A DNA stretch of 63,790 nt, counting the filler, from Basidiobolus ranarum (Eukaryota), in the NCBI GenBank assembly GCA_040143965.1. It is 14 parts of 14 records of this genome, joined end to end, with 100 filler letters (N's around TTAATTAATTAA, not from the genome) between each part and the next. Parts side by side here need not be neighbours in the genome. Positions count along the whole stretch, not along the records: positions 22,887 to 27,355 come from JASJQH010008828.1; positions 27,456 to 31,920 come from JASJQH010008829.1; positions 32,021 to 36,480 come from JASJQH010008830.1; positions 36,581 to 41,038 come from JASJQH010008831.1; 10 more parts are not named here. One strand, given 5' to 3'. Each line of letters starts with the position of its first letter. Position 1 is the stretch's first letter. Positions 24,120 to 37,300 of this stretch are shown piece after piece. Under the pieces are notes generated by a model, which did no database searches, was not told where the DNA came from, and saw only the letters and a list, made by a program, of their open reading frames with translations. A program made the translations under genes and the position numbers.

Positions 24120-24497
24120 TATTGGGAAAATATGGGCTGTTTGGAGGAACTTTAGAAAACTGGAGTTGTGAATAGCTTTGTGAGATAATTATATATTCTC
24201 CAGAAATAAAGCATTTGTATATTGTAGTGGAAATATTGAAAACTAACACTGGGGTTGTGTTCAGAACATCCATGGGAGTAAAATGAGCTTTCTTTGGGGC
24301 AATTTGGACCAGTTTGAAATATCCAATATGGAATTGCTAATTCTCACATTATTCACCTATATATATAATATATGTTCCAATTTTCAGTTAAGTAATATTT
24401 GACTAAGTAATGTTAAGTAATTTATATATGATATAAGAGATAGTCAGGTGTATGAAGATAGAGATAACAAATATGATAAAGAAAATAAACTTCAACA
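24120..24497 (-). mobile_element. Copia LTR family C (5' LTR, 378 bp)
   Basis: Near-identical to 25944-26321; directly abuts the PBS. Confidence 0.88.
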
Positions 24498-25943
24498 TCA
24501 AGCACTGTTGCTAATTCTGTATATTCTTATGGTGTGACACTACTTAGTGTGCTTTACAAATTTTGGATGGCATTTTGCTTGCCTTCAAGTCACACTTTGA
24601 AAAGTGCTGGTTGAGGTTGGAGAGCCAGATGTTTTATTTGCTTATACTTTGGCTTGTTGAGAAGTGCCAGGTGTTGCATAAACCTTGAACTTTTGAGCTC
24701 TTCCTCCTTGTTTTTGATTGCATAGTAAAATCAAGCTCTTTCAACAGTATATCTGCTAGTGTGTCCAACTCCAGAAATGCAAGTCTTTATAATGGTGGGA
24801 AGAAATAGGTCCATAGGATAGTAAAACCTATGACCACTGCCTCTTTTGCTCTTACCTTGGGTTTACCAACTTCCTGCTCATTGACTACAGTTTTAGCTGC
24901 TTTTCTTTCCTTTCCAAGTCAACATTTACATATATTTTTGAGACATTTGAGAAATAAGCCTATAAAAACCCAACTTCCATTTCCTTGCAAAAACCCAGGA
25001 TATGCCACAGGAAATAAATCAAGAACCTTTTGAGTAAACCTGGTCATTGGTTTTTCCACAATTTACTCAAATCAAGGTGATTTTGTGCAAAATTTTGCAG
25101 AGTTTCCAAATGTTAAGCCATTTGTCATCAGAAGAAGTGACAGCAGCTTAGACAGTTGGAGTCTTTTGACTTGCTGGTTTTCCTACAATATTTCTACCTT
25201 CATGTGCTCAAGCAATTTTGGTTAGTTGTGTAGGCTTGATAGACTGACACATATTCTTCTCTATTACATTTTCATGGTGACATTCATATGTGTGATGTGG
25301 GATTCATCAAAATCTTGTATAAGAATGGATGCAGGGAGATGCATGATGCTGTAGCTTGGGCACAGGATTCTGGAGGTCTTGTATTGTTGTTCAGTGACTT
25401 TAAATCTAATGACTAGTTGCTTCAGGACACTGCATTAGTTGCAATATTGCTGCATTATTGCTTGTTATGGCCTATATAGGGACTTGGTAGTTTTTACTCA
25501 TGATCTCATATATATCATTACTGTGTTCAGCCTGAGTTTCCCTTTTTCTAACGATTAGATCCAAATTGTCTGTTTGCCTCTTGTTAGCTCAGCCAAATCC
25601 TAGCCTTGCACATACTTCTACAGCATATGCCAGATTAGCCAAAGTTTTTTCATATCATACATATGGTGCATGCTTCTCTACCTAAAGCCTTTTGTCACAT
25701 TTTCTTCCTGGATGTGGCCTACCAAATCAAGTAATATTTCCTTTCATGTTGGTCAAATCCTATAACTTTACCCAGTCAGCTTTGCCTTGTCCATATAGTA
25801 TAGTCTTTGGCTACTTTTTGGTCTGTTGATTTCCACCAGAAATGTGTCAAGGATACTTCCAATATGAACTCAGGTAGGAAATACTGCAGGAAGTGGCAGG
25901 AAATTCAAGTCTCCAAATCTATTGTCCTGGCCACCCTCAACAT

Positions 25944-26321
25944 AATTGGGAAAATATGGGCTGTTTGGAGGAACCTTAGAAAAGTGGAGTTGTGAATAGC
26001 TTTGTGAGATGATTGTTTATTGTCCAGAAATCAAGCATATATACATTTTGGTGGAAATACAGAAAACTGACACTGGGGCTGTGTTCATAACATCTATGGG
26101 AGTAAAATGAGCTATCTTTGGGGCAATTTGGATGAGTTTGAAATACCCAATATAGAATTGCTTACTCTCACATTATTCACATATATATATAATATATATT
26201 CCAATTTTCAGCTAAGTGATATTTGACTAAGTAACGTTAACTAACTTATATGTGATATATGAAATAGTTTGGTGTACAAATATAGAGATAACAAATATGA
26301 TATAGACAATAAACTTCAACA
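25944..26321 (-). mobile_element. Solo LTR family C with 5-bp TSD AACAT
   Basis: AACAT at 25939-25943 and 26322-26326 flanks a 378-bp copy of LTR-C. Confidence 0.88.
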
Positions 26322-26451
26322 AACATTATCCATCAATGAAGTTGAATAATTTTCACTTGCTTCAAGCCTGGTATGGTAGCTTCTGCCACTTTTATCACCA
26401 TTGATAGTGCTTTGGAATCAAAATGGGTGATAACTTTTGTAATAACAAGAT

Positions 26452-27340
26452 TGTTGGAGGATCTGGTCATAATGGGGGTAGACTTTGACTATTAGAAGCA
26501 ACTTATGATAGTGTGTTTTAGTTACTTTATTTTTAAGAGTATATGGTGACTTATATAGTGGAAAAGTCAATCAATTATTTGAGTTATTCAGGATTTTGTG
26601 TAATAGGAGATAATAGATAAGTGGGGGTAATAAGACATACTTGTTATATAGATATAGAGTATTCCTATTTGGAATATAATGGCTATAGATACGTTGCTCT
26701 CTGTTTCTGATATATGTATTGTAACTAAAGTTAACTATGATGTTGAATAATGACTAATTATCCAACACCTTCCCTTAATTCTTATTCAACATTGTGCTTA
26801 TATTCACTAATGCTTATTCCTGCTGTTAACTCTCAAAGCTTGAAGTTTTGAGTGGGTTTGTTAGTACATCTGCAAGCATGTTTTCAGCATTACGATAAAT
26901 AAAGTTTACTTCTTTGTCTTGAAGTTTCTCTCATATAAAATGATGTCTTATGTCAATGTGCTTCATCCTTGAGTGATGCTTGGTGATCTGAATACAACTA
27001 ACATTATCTTGATATATTGGGGTAGGATCACCTTAATCATATCCTAGTTCCTTGAGAAGACTCCTTAGCCATATAGTTTCTTGAACAGCTATAGAGCTTG
27101 ACATATATTCTGCTTCTGTAGTTGACAATGCAACAGTTTGTTGTTTCTTGCTAATCCAGCTTATTGTCCCACCTGCTAACTTAAACACACATCCAATTCT
27201 GGATTTACAGTCTTCCATATTGTTAGCCCAGTCTGCTTCAGCATATCCTTACAGAATAAGTGACATGTTGTACTGCTTGCTAAATTGAATTCCATGATGT
27301 CTTGTTCCTTTCAGATTGTGTATTATGTTGAAGTTCATTG
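26452..27340 (-). mobile_element. Copia 3' end: RNase H, PPT and LTR family D (26452-26767)
   Basis: ISWISKKQQTVALSTTEAEY, RMKHIDIRHHFI, NMLADVLTNP; PPT TTAAGGGAAGG followed by a TGTTGG..CCAACA LTR. Confidence 0.88.
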
Positions 27341-27455
27341 TCTTTAACATATATGNNNNNNNNNNNNNNNNNNNNNNNNNNNNNNNNNNNNNNNNNNNNT
27401 TAATTAATTAANNNNNNNNNNNNNNNNNNNNNNNNNNNNNNNNNNNNNNNNNNNN

Positions 27456-29330
27456 AATCCCTTCCCGGACAATGGCTGTAATGTGATCCACAATCTCAGC
27501 AAGTTTATTGGTACTAAAGAGGCTAGACACCGCAGCCGATCCAGCAGCCAATATAGGCTCAGATGGGTAAGCCATGTACATGAGTCGTAGTCCTTTAGAA
27601 CCATGGCGACGCGTACCCATAAAATCAGCAACCATTTCCCCTGCCATTTCAGTCTGCGGTGTGACGTACATGTTAATCCGCGGCTGAACAATTGCGACAG
27701 CTTCATTTGTTGTTATATTTTTAACTGCCATGGAGGACCAGTCTGCTCCTCCAGAGACTTTCGTGGCTGCCAATTTTAATAACTGCAAGACAGCTTGAGC
27801 AACAGGATTATCATCCTGAGAATGCTCAGCAATAGTTACGGCATCACCTTGGTCGCTCAGAATTGCGGTCGCAGCAGAACTCCACAGTGCTCTACCATAC
27901 CGATATGTTTGCATCTGAATATCAGCAAGAATATCGTAGTTTGGTGCTTCCATATACGACTGAATCCATCTTATTAGCCTTTCGATGTCGTCAACGCTTT
28001 TCTGAGCAAGTGTATCGAATGTGTCCAGAAGATAAAACGGAGGAAACATATGATTAGACTTTATGAAGCGAGCGGATGGATCGTGAGAAATATGAGATTG
28101 GAAATTGGACAACTTTGCAGCTGTATCCAACATGACCGAAAAATAACCAGGCCTACCAGATAGGAAGTCCGGGACGATTGACTGGGCGATACGTAGGTAG
28201 TGAAATAGTGTACTTGCTGCTGTGGGTGTATAATTCTTATCAAGCAAAGTACGGGCCTCATCCATCACACAAACCAATGATGCATCGCAAAATTTTAATC
28301 GCGAATTCATGAGGGCTGATCGCATCTCCTTGTTGGCGATGGATACCAGCTGCGTGAAGTCGCGAAGCATTCTATTGTCGGAAATATATGGACAGTCAGC
28401 TACGATTTTATCCATTTCGCTCTGTATTTCTGCCCAAAACTTTGACCCACAAACATTCGTATCTCCTTCTTGACCAGTGTCCTCGATTTGTAACTTGAAC
28501 CACTTAGCATATATTGTAGAATCTTCGCAATCCTGTGATGACGTATCCAGAATTTCTTCTTTTTTACTGTTTTTCACAAACGCTGTAAGTTTTCGCATGC
28601 AGGCTACAATAAAAGCAACGAAACGACGAACAAAGTAGAAATAAGGGGGGTCCTTGCAGTCCCCATTAATCTTAGCCAAAAGTGTCGACGTGATTGCTGA
28701 ACGTAGTGGGTATCCACTACTTTGCTCTGGCCGTAGACAGCAATAGACAACGAATGTCCGCTGAGCAATCTGTTTGATGGCCCGCGATTTTCCGTATCCA
28801 CTAGACTGAATAATCGAGGTATAAGGAGACATATATTCAGCATTGCTCCATCGATTCGCGGCTGTATTCAGAGAATCGAGGAGTCGATCTACGAGGTTAA
28901 CTTCATCGACATAAGCCTGGTTGAAGGAAGTTTTCACCCAGGCTATTCTCTCCTTATTCATACTTGTGAGCAACATGGGATCAGATTTATGTTTGACAAA
29001 GGAAGTACTTAAGTCACTTAACCCCAATGCAATTAGTACCTCTTGAATCTTCGCAAAGTCATTGTCTAGTATGGCAATGAAGAGGGAATATGCTCTTTCG
29101 ATAATTGTATTTTCAATTGTTGACTTGGATTCTGCTGATAAATTCGTGTGACATTCGAAGTATTGCCTGAGGTACGCTCTCATTGAAGCCTCGTAGGCTA
29201 TAATCTCTGCACTCCATTGTTCCCAGTGCTTGAATCCAAGTCCTTTGGTGGTATAATCCTTGAGTGTAAGGCAATCACAAGGTGGATTTCTTGAAGGTGC
29301 ATCGACTTGAATATAGTTAGAGGTAGACAT
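27456..29330 (-). CDS. Intronless P-loop NTPase, probable Crinkler-associated CR-NTPase-type protein (3' truncated)
   Basis: Open ~625 codons; Walker A YTSIIQSSGYGKSR, Walker B CVMDEARTLL, plus YCCLR....SGYPLRS, LDTAAKLSNF, DPSAR, FPPF, YGRALW, YPSEPILA. Confidence 0.8.
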
Positions 29331-30305
29331 TTTGTGTATGTGCGAAATTATTAAGAAAACTGTAAGAGTGAATTTCCTTCACCTGACTGATAACTCCGAG
29401 TCATAAAAGGAATGGGCCAATGAAGTTACAGTAATGTCGTAGGGGAATCTGACTACTCCATTCTAAAATTATATACTTGTACAGCTCCGCATCACGAATA
29501 CATACAATTTTGATCTATACATCTCAACTTGGACATTAAATTTTTCTAATGAAATCTGATTAAAGTGCATAACAATTTGCAGCAATGTGTTGAACTTTTA
29601 TTCTTTTCTTAGAATTACTTTTCAATATTTCAATTGTATGGCCCATGTTGGTTGGTGTAGGTGCTATTTTCTTTAGCAACTACTTAGAGTTGAATATTGC
29701 ATGTTTGGTTTAGATTAAAAGTAGGGTAAAAGTGGTTTTGAAGATGGTTGAAGCAAATTGTATGCCATAAGTTAAGGAGGTTTTGATTTAAGAGTAGTAA
29801 GAATATGAGATTCTAGGGAAGAAATCCTATTGCTTTGAAGATGTTCATGATACAGTAACCAAGTAAATTTGAATTGAGAATACTGGATAATATCTCAGTG
29901 AAATATAAGATAACTAAGTACTAAGCTATATATGACTGGTATAGGTGCTTAGGCAATGCTAATTTCAACAGGGGAGACAGTCACCAATAGGCAAAATCTT
30001 TGTTTCAACCAAAAAAAAGACCAAATAACTACTTTTCTGGTTTCTTAATCAAGTATGAAGATCTGGAATATTGATATGAATGTTGCAAAGTAGAAAAGTT
30101 GGGTTGGTAGAGTGTGAGACTCTTTTGAGTCAAGTGGGAGGCAGTAACAAAGGTAAAATTGCTTTGCCAACAATAGCAAATAAAGGAATGGGTCAGGGTA
30201 GAGATGTTCTAGTGATGGTAATGGAGGGTAGGGATGAAACAAGGGGGTCACAGGATAGGCAGTTCTCACAGTAAAAAAGAAAGCATGGCATATAGATGAT
30301 GCAAT

Positions 30306-30652
30306 TGTTAAAGTATTTGGGAGCCTGCTGGAAGTGGTTTGGAGAATTAGAGAAGTTGGTGGTTTTCACTTGTTGATTTATTGAGTAGAAAGTTGATATT
30401 TATAGTTTTATCAAGATGTAAACAAACTAATGTGTAGAATGTGTTAAGGAAGGTCTCAGGAACATGTGTGCAAAGTTTGGGCTTCTAGCACAAGTTTGAA
30501 AAATTTGTATATCTGAGAACTTCCAAGTTGGTAAAAATATTCTGAGTAAATTTCAATTGAGAATGATGGAAAATAGCTGGGTGAATTATAAGATAACTAA
30601 GTACTAAGCTGTATATGACTATATAGATGTTTAGGTAATGCTAATTTCAACA
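30306..30652 (-). mobile_element. Copia LTR family A (3' LTR, 347 bp)
   Basis: TG..CA ends; PPT AGTTGAGAGAGAG adjacent; homologous to 42398-42745, 43668-43996, 53698-54044, 62430-62777. Confidence 0.9.
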
Positions 30653-30699
30653 CTCTCTCTCAACTAAATAGTCATATATACTAATGCTAACAAAGGTCC

Positions 30700-31606
30700 A
30701 ATTTATCAAATTTCTCTAGCTAATGGTTTGGTTAATATATCAGCAATCATGTCTTCTGTAGAGCAATAAGTTAAGTCAATAAACTTATTGTCTATAGTCT
30801 TTCTAATGATGTGATGCTTAATATTTATATGTTTGCTTCTATTCTGAAATGTGCAATTTTTAGCTAATTTGATATCACTTTGATTATTTTGAAATATTGT
30901 AGTTGATGAATTTTGAGAATAACCTAAATCTGTTAAGAGGTTTCTTAACCATATTGCTTCTTTTGTTGCTTCACAGGCAGCCATGTATTCTGCTTCTGTT
31001 GTTGAAAGTGCTTTGGCAGGTTGTTTCTTTGAATTCCAAGAAATAGTTCCATTACAGCAAAGCAATAAATATCATGTTGTAGATCACCTGTCTTCAATAT
31101 CTCTTCCCAATTTGCATCTAAAAATCCCATCAAAGCAAAGTTTGGTTCAGAATATATGTATTTTAAGCACAGATCCACAGTATCTTTCAAATATCTGAAA
31201 ATCCACTTAACTGCTATGATTTGCTCAGATCCATAATTTTGAAGATATTAGGATATAACTTCCACCAAATATGTAATATCTGACCATGTTCCAACCGTGA
31301 TAAATATCAAGCAACCAACCATAGATTGAAAGGGAATTTTCTGGCTTTCATTTGAATCCAAAAACATCTGATTTGAGCTATTTTTTGTCAAGTTAAGATT
31401 TGTCTCCATTGGAATAAATACTGGATTACATTCTTCAATTTCAAACTTCTTCAGTATATCAAGGATGTACTTTGACTGGTTTAAGGTTACTGTTTTGATA
31501 GCTCTATCAATCTTAATTTGGATTTCAAGATAGTATGTCAGTTCACTAAGATCAGTCATTTGAATTTGGCAGATAAGCTGGATTTGGTTCTCTCCAAAGT
31601 CTTCAA
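30700..31606 (-). mobile_element. Copia family A RT/RNase H, degenerate
   Basis: MTDLSELTYYLEIQI, PFQSMVGCL, ISWNSKKQ..ALSTTEAEYMA, EDMIADILTKPL. Confidence 0.92.
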
Positions 31607-31920
31607 TATTGAAGTTTACTGTCTTTATCATATTTGTTATCTCTATCTTTATACACCCAACTATCTCATATATCACATATAATTTAGCTAACATTACTTA
31701 GTCAAATAATACTTAGCTGAAATTGGATCATACATTATATATATATGTGAATAATGTGAGAATTAGCAATTCCATATTGGATATTTCAAACTCATCCAAA
31801 TTGCCCCAGAAATAGCTCATTTTACTCCCACAGATGTTCTGAACACAACCCCAGTGTTAGTTTTCTGTATTTCCACCAAAAAGTATAAATGCTTTATTTC
31901 TGGACAATAAACAATTATCT
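31607..31920 (+). mobile_element. LTR family C inserted into family A RT (truncated by contig end)
   Basis: Reverse complement of 24120-24497; interrupts RT relative to the uninterrupted homologue near 63730. Confidence 0.85.
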
Positions 31921-32020
31921 NNNNNNNNNNNNNNNNNNNNNNNNNNNNNNNNNNNNNNNNNNNNTTAATTAATTAANNNNNNNNNNNNNNNNNNNNNNNN
32001 NNNNNNNNNNNNNNNNNNNN

Positions 32021-33077
32021 AGAAGTTTGAGAAAATAGTGAAAATTGGTGAAATTGATCTATCTGATATTTCTATCATTTAGAGCAATAAAACCATGCTT
32101 TTGAATGGCAGAATTGAGTGCCAAATAATTAGAATATGAATAAACTTACTACTAAGTAATGAGTTGCTACATACCTAACTTCCACATTAATACATCCATG
32201 TTTGTGATCTGAAATTGGTTTGACAAACTGACCTCTGGCTGTTTTGTGCTTTTAAGATATTTGTTGCTTTATTTAGCTTATCAACATAGAAAAGCACCCT
32301 AATTATGGATGTTGTGTTGTGAAAACTGTGATCTGCTGTGCATTTGTTGGAGTTCCAGCTGCTCTAAGTGGTATATATCTAGCTGTACAATATAATGAGT
32401 GCTTGCTAAGTGCTCAGATCATAACACATATGCCTGTTAAGCCTGGGTGAAAAGTTGAGGTGATTTGGAGAAGTTTGAGAAAATAGTGAAAATTGGTAAA
32501 AGTGATCTATTTGATAATTCTATCAATTAGAACAATACACACACATTTTTGAGTGACAGAATTGAGTGCTCAATAATCAGAATACGAAAAAACCTACTAC
32601 TAAATAATGAGTTGCTATTTACCTAATTTAAACACTTAGATAAATAGCAAACATGCCTGTATATATGGGTGAAAATATGAGGTGCTTTGGGGAAGTTTTG
32701 AGAAAACAGTGACAATTGGTAAAAGGGATCTAATAGTTAGAAATTTTAATTGGAGCAATAAACATATGTTTTTAATGGCAGAATTGAGTGCTAAATAATC
32801 AGAATATGAATAAACTTATTTCTCAGTAATGAGTTGCTACATACCTAACTTCCACATTAATACATCCATGTTTGTGATCTGAAATTGGCTTGACAAACTG
32901 ATCTTTGGCTGTTTTGTGCTTTAAAAATATTTGTTGCTTTATTTGGCTTATCAACATAGAAAAGCACCCTAATTATGGATGTTGTGTTGTGAAAACTGTG
33001 ATCTGCCATGCATTTGTTGGAGTTCCAGCTGCTCTAAGTGGGTATATATCTAGTTGTACAATATAATGAGTGCTTGC
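32021..33077 (-). repeat. Cluster of LTR-B fragments with a local duplication of LTR-B plus RT piece
   Basis: ~32021-32410 recurs at ~32693-33077; additional LTR-B fragment ~32410-32634. Confidence 0.8.
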
Positions 33078-33079
33078 TT

Positions 33080-35650
33080 AAGTCCATATAGTAATTCTTA
33101 CACTTGAAAGATCACATCAGGGTATATTAGGCCAACAAATAATGCTAGTTGCTTCATACAGAACCCCACATAGAGATTTGAATTCACAATGGAATCTTTT
33201 GTATCTCTGTGACATTCACTAAGGTTATTTGTGGCTAAGAGTGCAAGGTTTGATCTAATGGAGCTAAATATACCTACTAGAGTAAAAGCTTACATTACTT
33301 AAACTCCTGGAGTCTGGGAATAACCTTGTGCAATCTATGTTGGTTTGCACCTTTTTACAGTGCCATCTGCTTGTTTTACTATGTGGCCCCATTTGCCTAC
33401 TGTTGACTTCTGTCCTGACAGTAGAGGATTTTGAACCCTTGTTTAGTTGTCATGGAAGCTGTATAAGCATTGATATCTTGATTAAAAGCTTGTCAGCAGT
33501 TGCCGGGTTTATTTTTGCTTCTGAATGATCTTCACAGTTGTGGAGGATCCTCTGACATGATCAAGGCAGATTTTTTGATTGCATTTGGCTCAGATACAGC
33601 TTGCATTCTGTAAGATACTCTTCAGATAGTGACAATTCTGTTATCTTGATCCAGAACTTTGATTTGTGGTGAATATTTGCTTTTGCAGCAAGTATAGGCA
33701 CTTGATTAACTTCTGGATTTTGTTATCAAATAGTCCATAGGCCCTAGATCTATTACTGTAGCCAAGAAATATGTAATAACAGTCTTTAATTTCCAACTTT
33801 GAGGGATTTTGTGCTGGGACTAGGCAATATGCTCTGAAAGCAGTAATCCTAAGATAATCATCACTGGGATCCATGCTGGGCTATAACTTGGATAAAGTTT
33901 GGAGCAACTTGTTTGGCATGCATTTTTGATCAAGACTGGAGTGGATATGGATTCAACCCACTTTTGGTGAGTAAACATTGATTTTAACAAATCCACTATG
34001 ACTCCATTAGCACTTTCTGCAATCCCATTTTGCTATGGAGTATGTTCTACAGTGGTTTGTTATTTATTTCATGTTTAGAGCATAATCTAGCATATCCTTT
34101 AGAACATTATTCTTTACTATTAGCACTTCCATGTACCCTTAATTTGGTTCGAACTGTTTCTCTACTACTGCTTAGTAGTGTTTAAATGTGAATGAGGCTT
34201 TAGATTTTGATTTGAGAAAGAATATTTAAGTGTGTCATGTTTGGTCAACAACACTGATTGTAAAGTATCCATTACCACCCATTGAGACATGTTTCATTGG
34301 CCAACATAAATAATAATGGATCAGGGTGAAGCTTTTGATAGAGCCAGAAGCAAGCTGATCTTCAAACCTTTGGGTTTGTTTGGTTTCTCAAATTGGCCTA
34401 ACCTCCCATTCCAAGATTTACAGGCTATTTCAGTGGTTTTGGCCAAGTATAAATGTACCAAATGCATTTTGTTCATTTCTACTATGAAAAATTATTGCAT
34501 TTTGATCCCAACAGCTAATATGACATTTTTCCAATATATGGTAGTACTTACAACCTTGCATAACACAAAACAATTTCTTGAGCTGTTGTTTAGCTTACTG
34601 ATAGCAGATTCTTGACTCTATTGGGAACATAGTATACATCATCCAATTCTGCAAATGATGCAGCTTGATTTTGATCTAACTTGAATGCAATAGAGCCATT
34701 GCCATTGAGATCTTGAGCACTGTCTGCTCCTAATCTGATCTTTATTGTCAGGATTGATGTCAAACTGAATAATCAATCCTTTTTTTGTAAGATATGCTAC
34801 AAAGCTCAGCTATAAGTATATTATATTTCAGGGCTGTGATTAGCCATTAATGATTGGACAGACATAAATTCGTGATCTCTGTCAGTTCTGCAAGGCTTTC
34901 TTGTTCTGATTTTAGCTCTTTTGCAAAAATCCTTTTTTTGCAAATACAGTTCAAATGGCTTGTTTTCTTAAAATACATGCAGACAATGGATTTCCTTTTA
35001 CAGGTACTATCATTGAAGCATTGTGGTTCTTTTAAACCCTCAACAATTACTGATTATTGATGTTTTGTTATATATAAGGTCACCATAATTCCCCATCAAG
35101 ATTGTACCACTAATAACCCCCCTTTGGTGATTGCTGCAATCTTCATACTAGAGTATTTAAGAGGTTAACAAACTCTTCTGCATGATTCAAAGTATTTTCA
35201 TAAATATTTAAACTCCATTTGGAGGTGCTCTAATTGATGAGGGCTAGCCTATCATAGCTTACAGTGGTTGATGTGAATTGCAATCTTTCTTGTTTTGCAT
35301 ATGCTGGGAAGCTCCAGAATTCATGTACCACATTTGTGAGTATTCCTTGTTGTTTACTGGGAGGGCAGAGGCAAATAGATGTTCTCAATCAGTGCTGACT
35401 TGCCTCTTCTGCTTGTTGTTTTTTTGCAAAATCTTGTATCTTTCATCTGTGATTAGATGGCCTGGTTTCTGGCAATACTTCAAGATAATTGATATCCTAT
35501 AGGAAGCTCCAGTATTCAAGCATGCTTGATGTTTTACAGCTTCAAAAAATGCCAAGTGTGCACTCTTTTGTTCTAAATTAAATATCTCTAAGAATTCATT
35601 CAAAAGCCTATCACAAGCATATTATGAAGTTAATGGCCCTGATCTTGATA
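33080..35650 (-). mobile_element. Heavily degenerate copia protease/integrase/RT and a second gag-protease remnant
   Basis: IFLGYSNRSRAYGLFD (SH3-like), NGIAESAN integrase remnant, YCQKPGH knuckle, WYMNSGASQHM protease. Confidence 0.82.
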
Positions 35651-35799
35651 CTAGGGGTATTTCAAGGTTTGTGCTACTCTTGCTTCTGGGGCTGTTATGA
35701 GGCACCAGAGCTTGTCTGTCAGGCTCCTGAGTAGTGTTGTGTTACATTTAGTCTTATGAATATGTGTCCAGTCTCAAACTGCTCATCATTTGTCTTCCA

Positions 35800-36480
35800 A
35801 GCATTTTTTTTCAAATAAGATAAATACCTACTCACTGGATAGTAGTGAGTTTTCATATTTTAATTCATTAGCTCTCAATTTTTATACTTCAGTGTGTGCT
35901 AATAGTTATAATTGATAGATCTATAAACTATATTGATTTCATCAATTTTTGTCAAACTTCTCAAAATCACCTCAATTTTCTCCCATGCTTGACAGGCTAG
36001 TTGGCTGGGTTCCTAACTTGTGCAATAGTTCTACTTCATAATAAGCTACTAATAGGATATATTGCAGTTGGTGAATTTTGAGTGTCTAAGTTAATAATCC
36101 AAATCTTGGCCAAAACACCTCCAAATCTCATAAACAAATTTATCAAACTATGAGCCCCAAGTTAGTTGTTAAAGGAATATATACTGGTAGCATTACCAAT
36201 GCTTTTGACTCAACAGAGATGCTTGATGGTGAAATTTTTACCATTGGATGTTCACAATGTGAATGGTTCTAGAATACAAGAACCATTGGGGATTTTATAC
36301 AGGTGTAGAAGTTGAGTCTAAGGAACCACCAGAAGGTATACTTGTCTTTCAGAAGAAGCAAAGGAAGCAACTCTCTGAACTTTGTCAATATCTCAGAGAA
36401 GCACTATTGGGGCATATGCCTTCAACTAAAGATCTACAAAACTTTCAGACAATGCTTGAGCAACTGTATGAAAATCAAAG
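35800..36480 (+). mobile_element. Degenerate LTR-B, PBS and gag start
   Basis: ..TTTATCA then AACTATGAGCCCCAAG; MSPKLVVKGI..TEMLDGE homologous to the gag starting at 3429. Confidence 0.8.
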
Positions 36481-36580
36481 NNNNNNNNNNNNNNNNNNNN
36501 NNNNNNNNNNNNNNNNNNNNNNNNTTAATTAATTAANNNNNNNNNNNNNNNNNNNNNNNNNNNNNNNNNNNNNNNNNNNN

Positions 36581-36879
36581 AGAGTTGGGGTATTAGGGAC
36601 TACAAGGACCAATACAAAGAGGGATGATGCAAGGATGATGTAAGGATGATCAGGTGACCTTCCATGGAAGGTCTTGGCGGAAATACACTATGTGTGGGAT
36701 GACATGATTGGTCAGGTTTCATGGAATGTTCCAAAGAACATGACTTCCATATAAGGTAATCTGGATGAACTGACACCAGATTGCCAAGAAGGGATGGCAC
36801 AATAGATATGATGTCATAATCTAATAATAGAAGAGTTCCATATGCAGTGGATCAGCATGCCAAGATCAGAATCATGACA
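36581..36879 (-). mobile_element. Partial Ty3/gypsy LTR family E inserted into a copia RT
   Basis: Homologous to 49260-49548 and 54802-54915; ends ..ATCATGACA. Confidence 0.8.
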
Positions 36880-37300
36880 CCAGGCCCTGAGTGATTGTTT
36901 AAGTCCATACATTGATTTTTGTAGCTTACACAAGTCCTCAGGGTGCCCAGGATCTACAAAACTATCTGGTTGATCCATGAATATATTCTCTTCCAAGTCC
37001 CCATTTTAAAAGCAGTTTTAACAACCATTTAATGGATTTTTAAGCTGTGTTTTGCTGCTACTGCTAGTATGGTTATGATGGAATTGAACTTTGCTGCAGG
37101 AGCAAAAGTTTCATTTTATTCCACTCATCCTATTTAAGAATATCCTTCAGCCACAAGTCTGGCTTTATATCTCCCTACAGAACCATCAGCTTGCTGCTTA
37201 ACTTCAAACACCCATTTGCATCCAATTGATTTGTGGTCATCAGGTAACTTAACCAAAGTCCAAGTTTGGTTATCTATGAGTGACTGATTCTCCTCCTGAT
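36880..37300 (-). mobile_element. Copia RT fragment
   Basis: IGCKWVFEVK, RYKARLVAEGY, ETFAPAAK, CKLQKSMYGLKQS. Confidence 0.9.
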
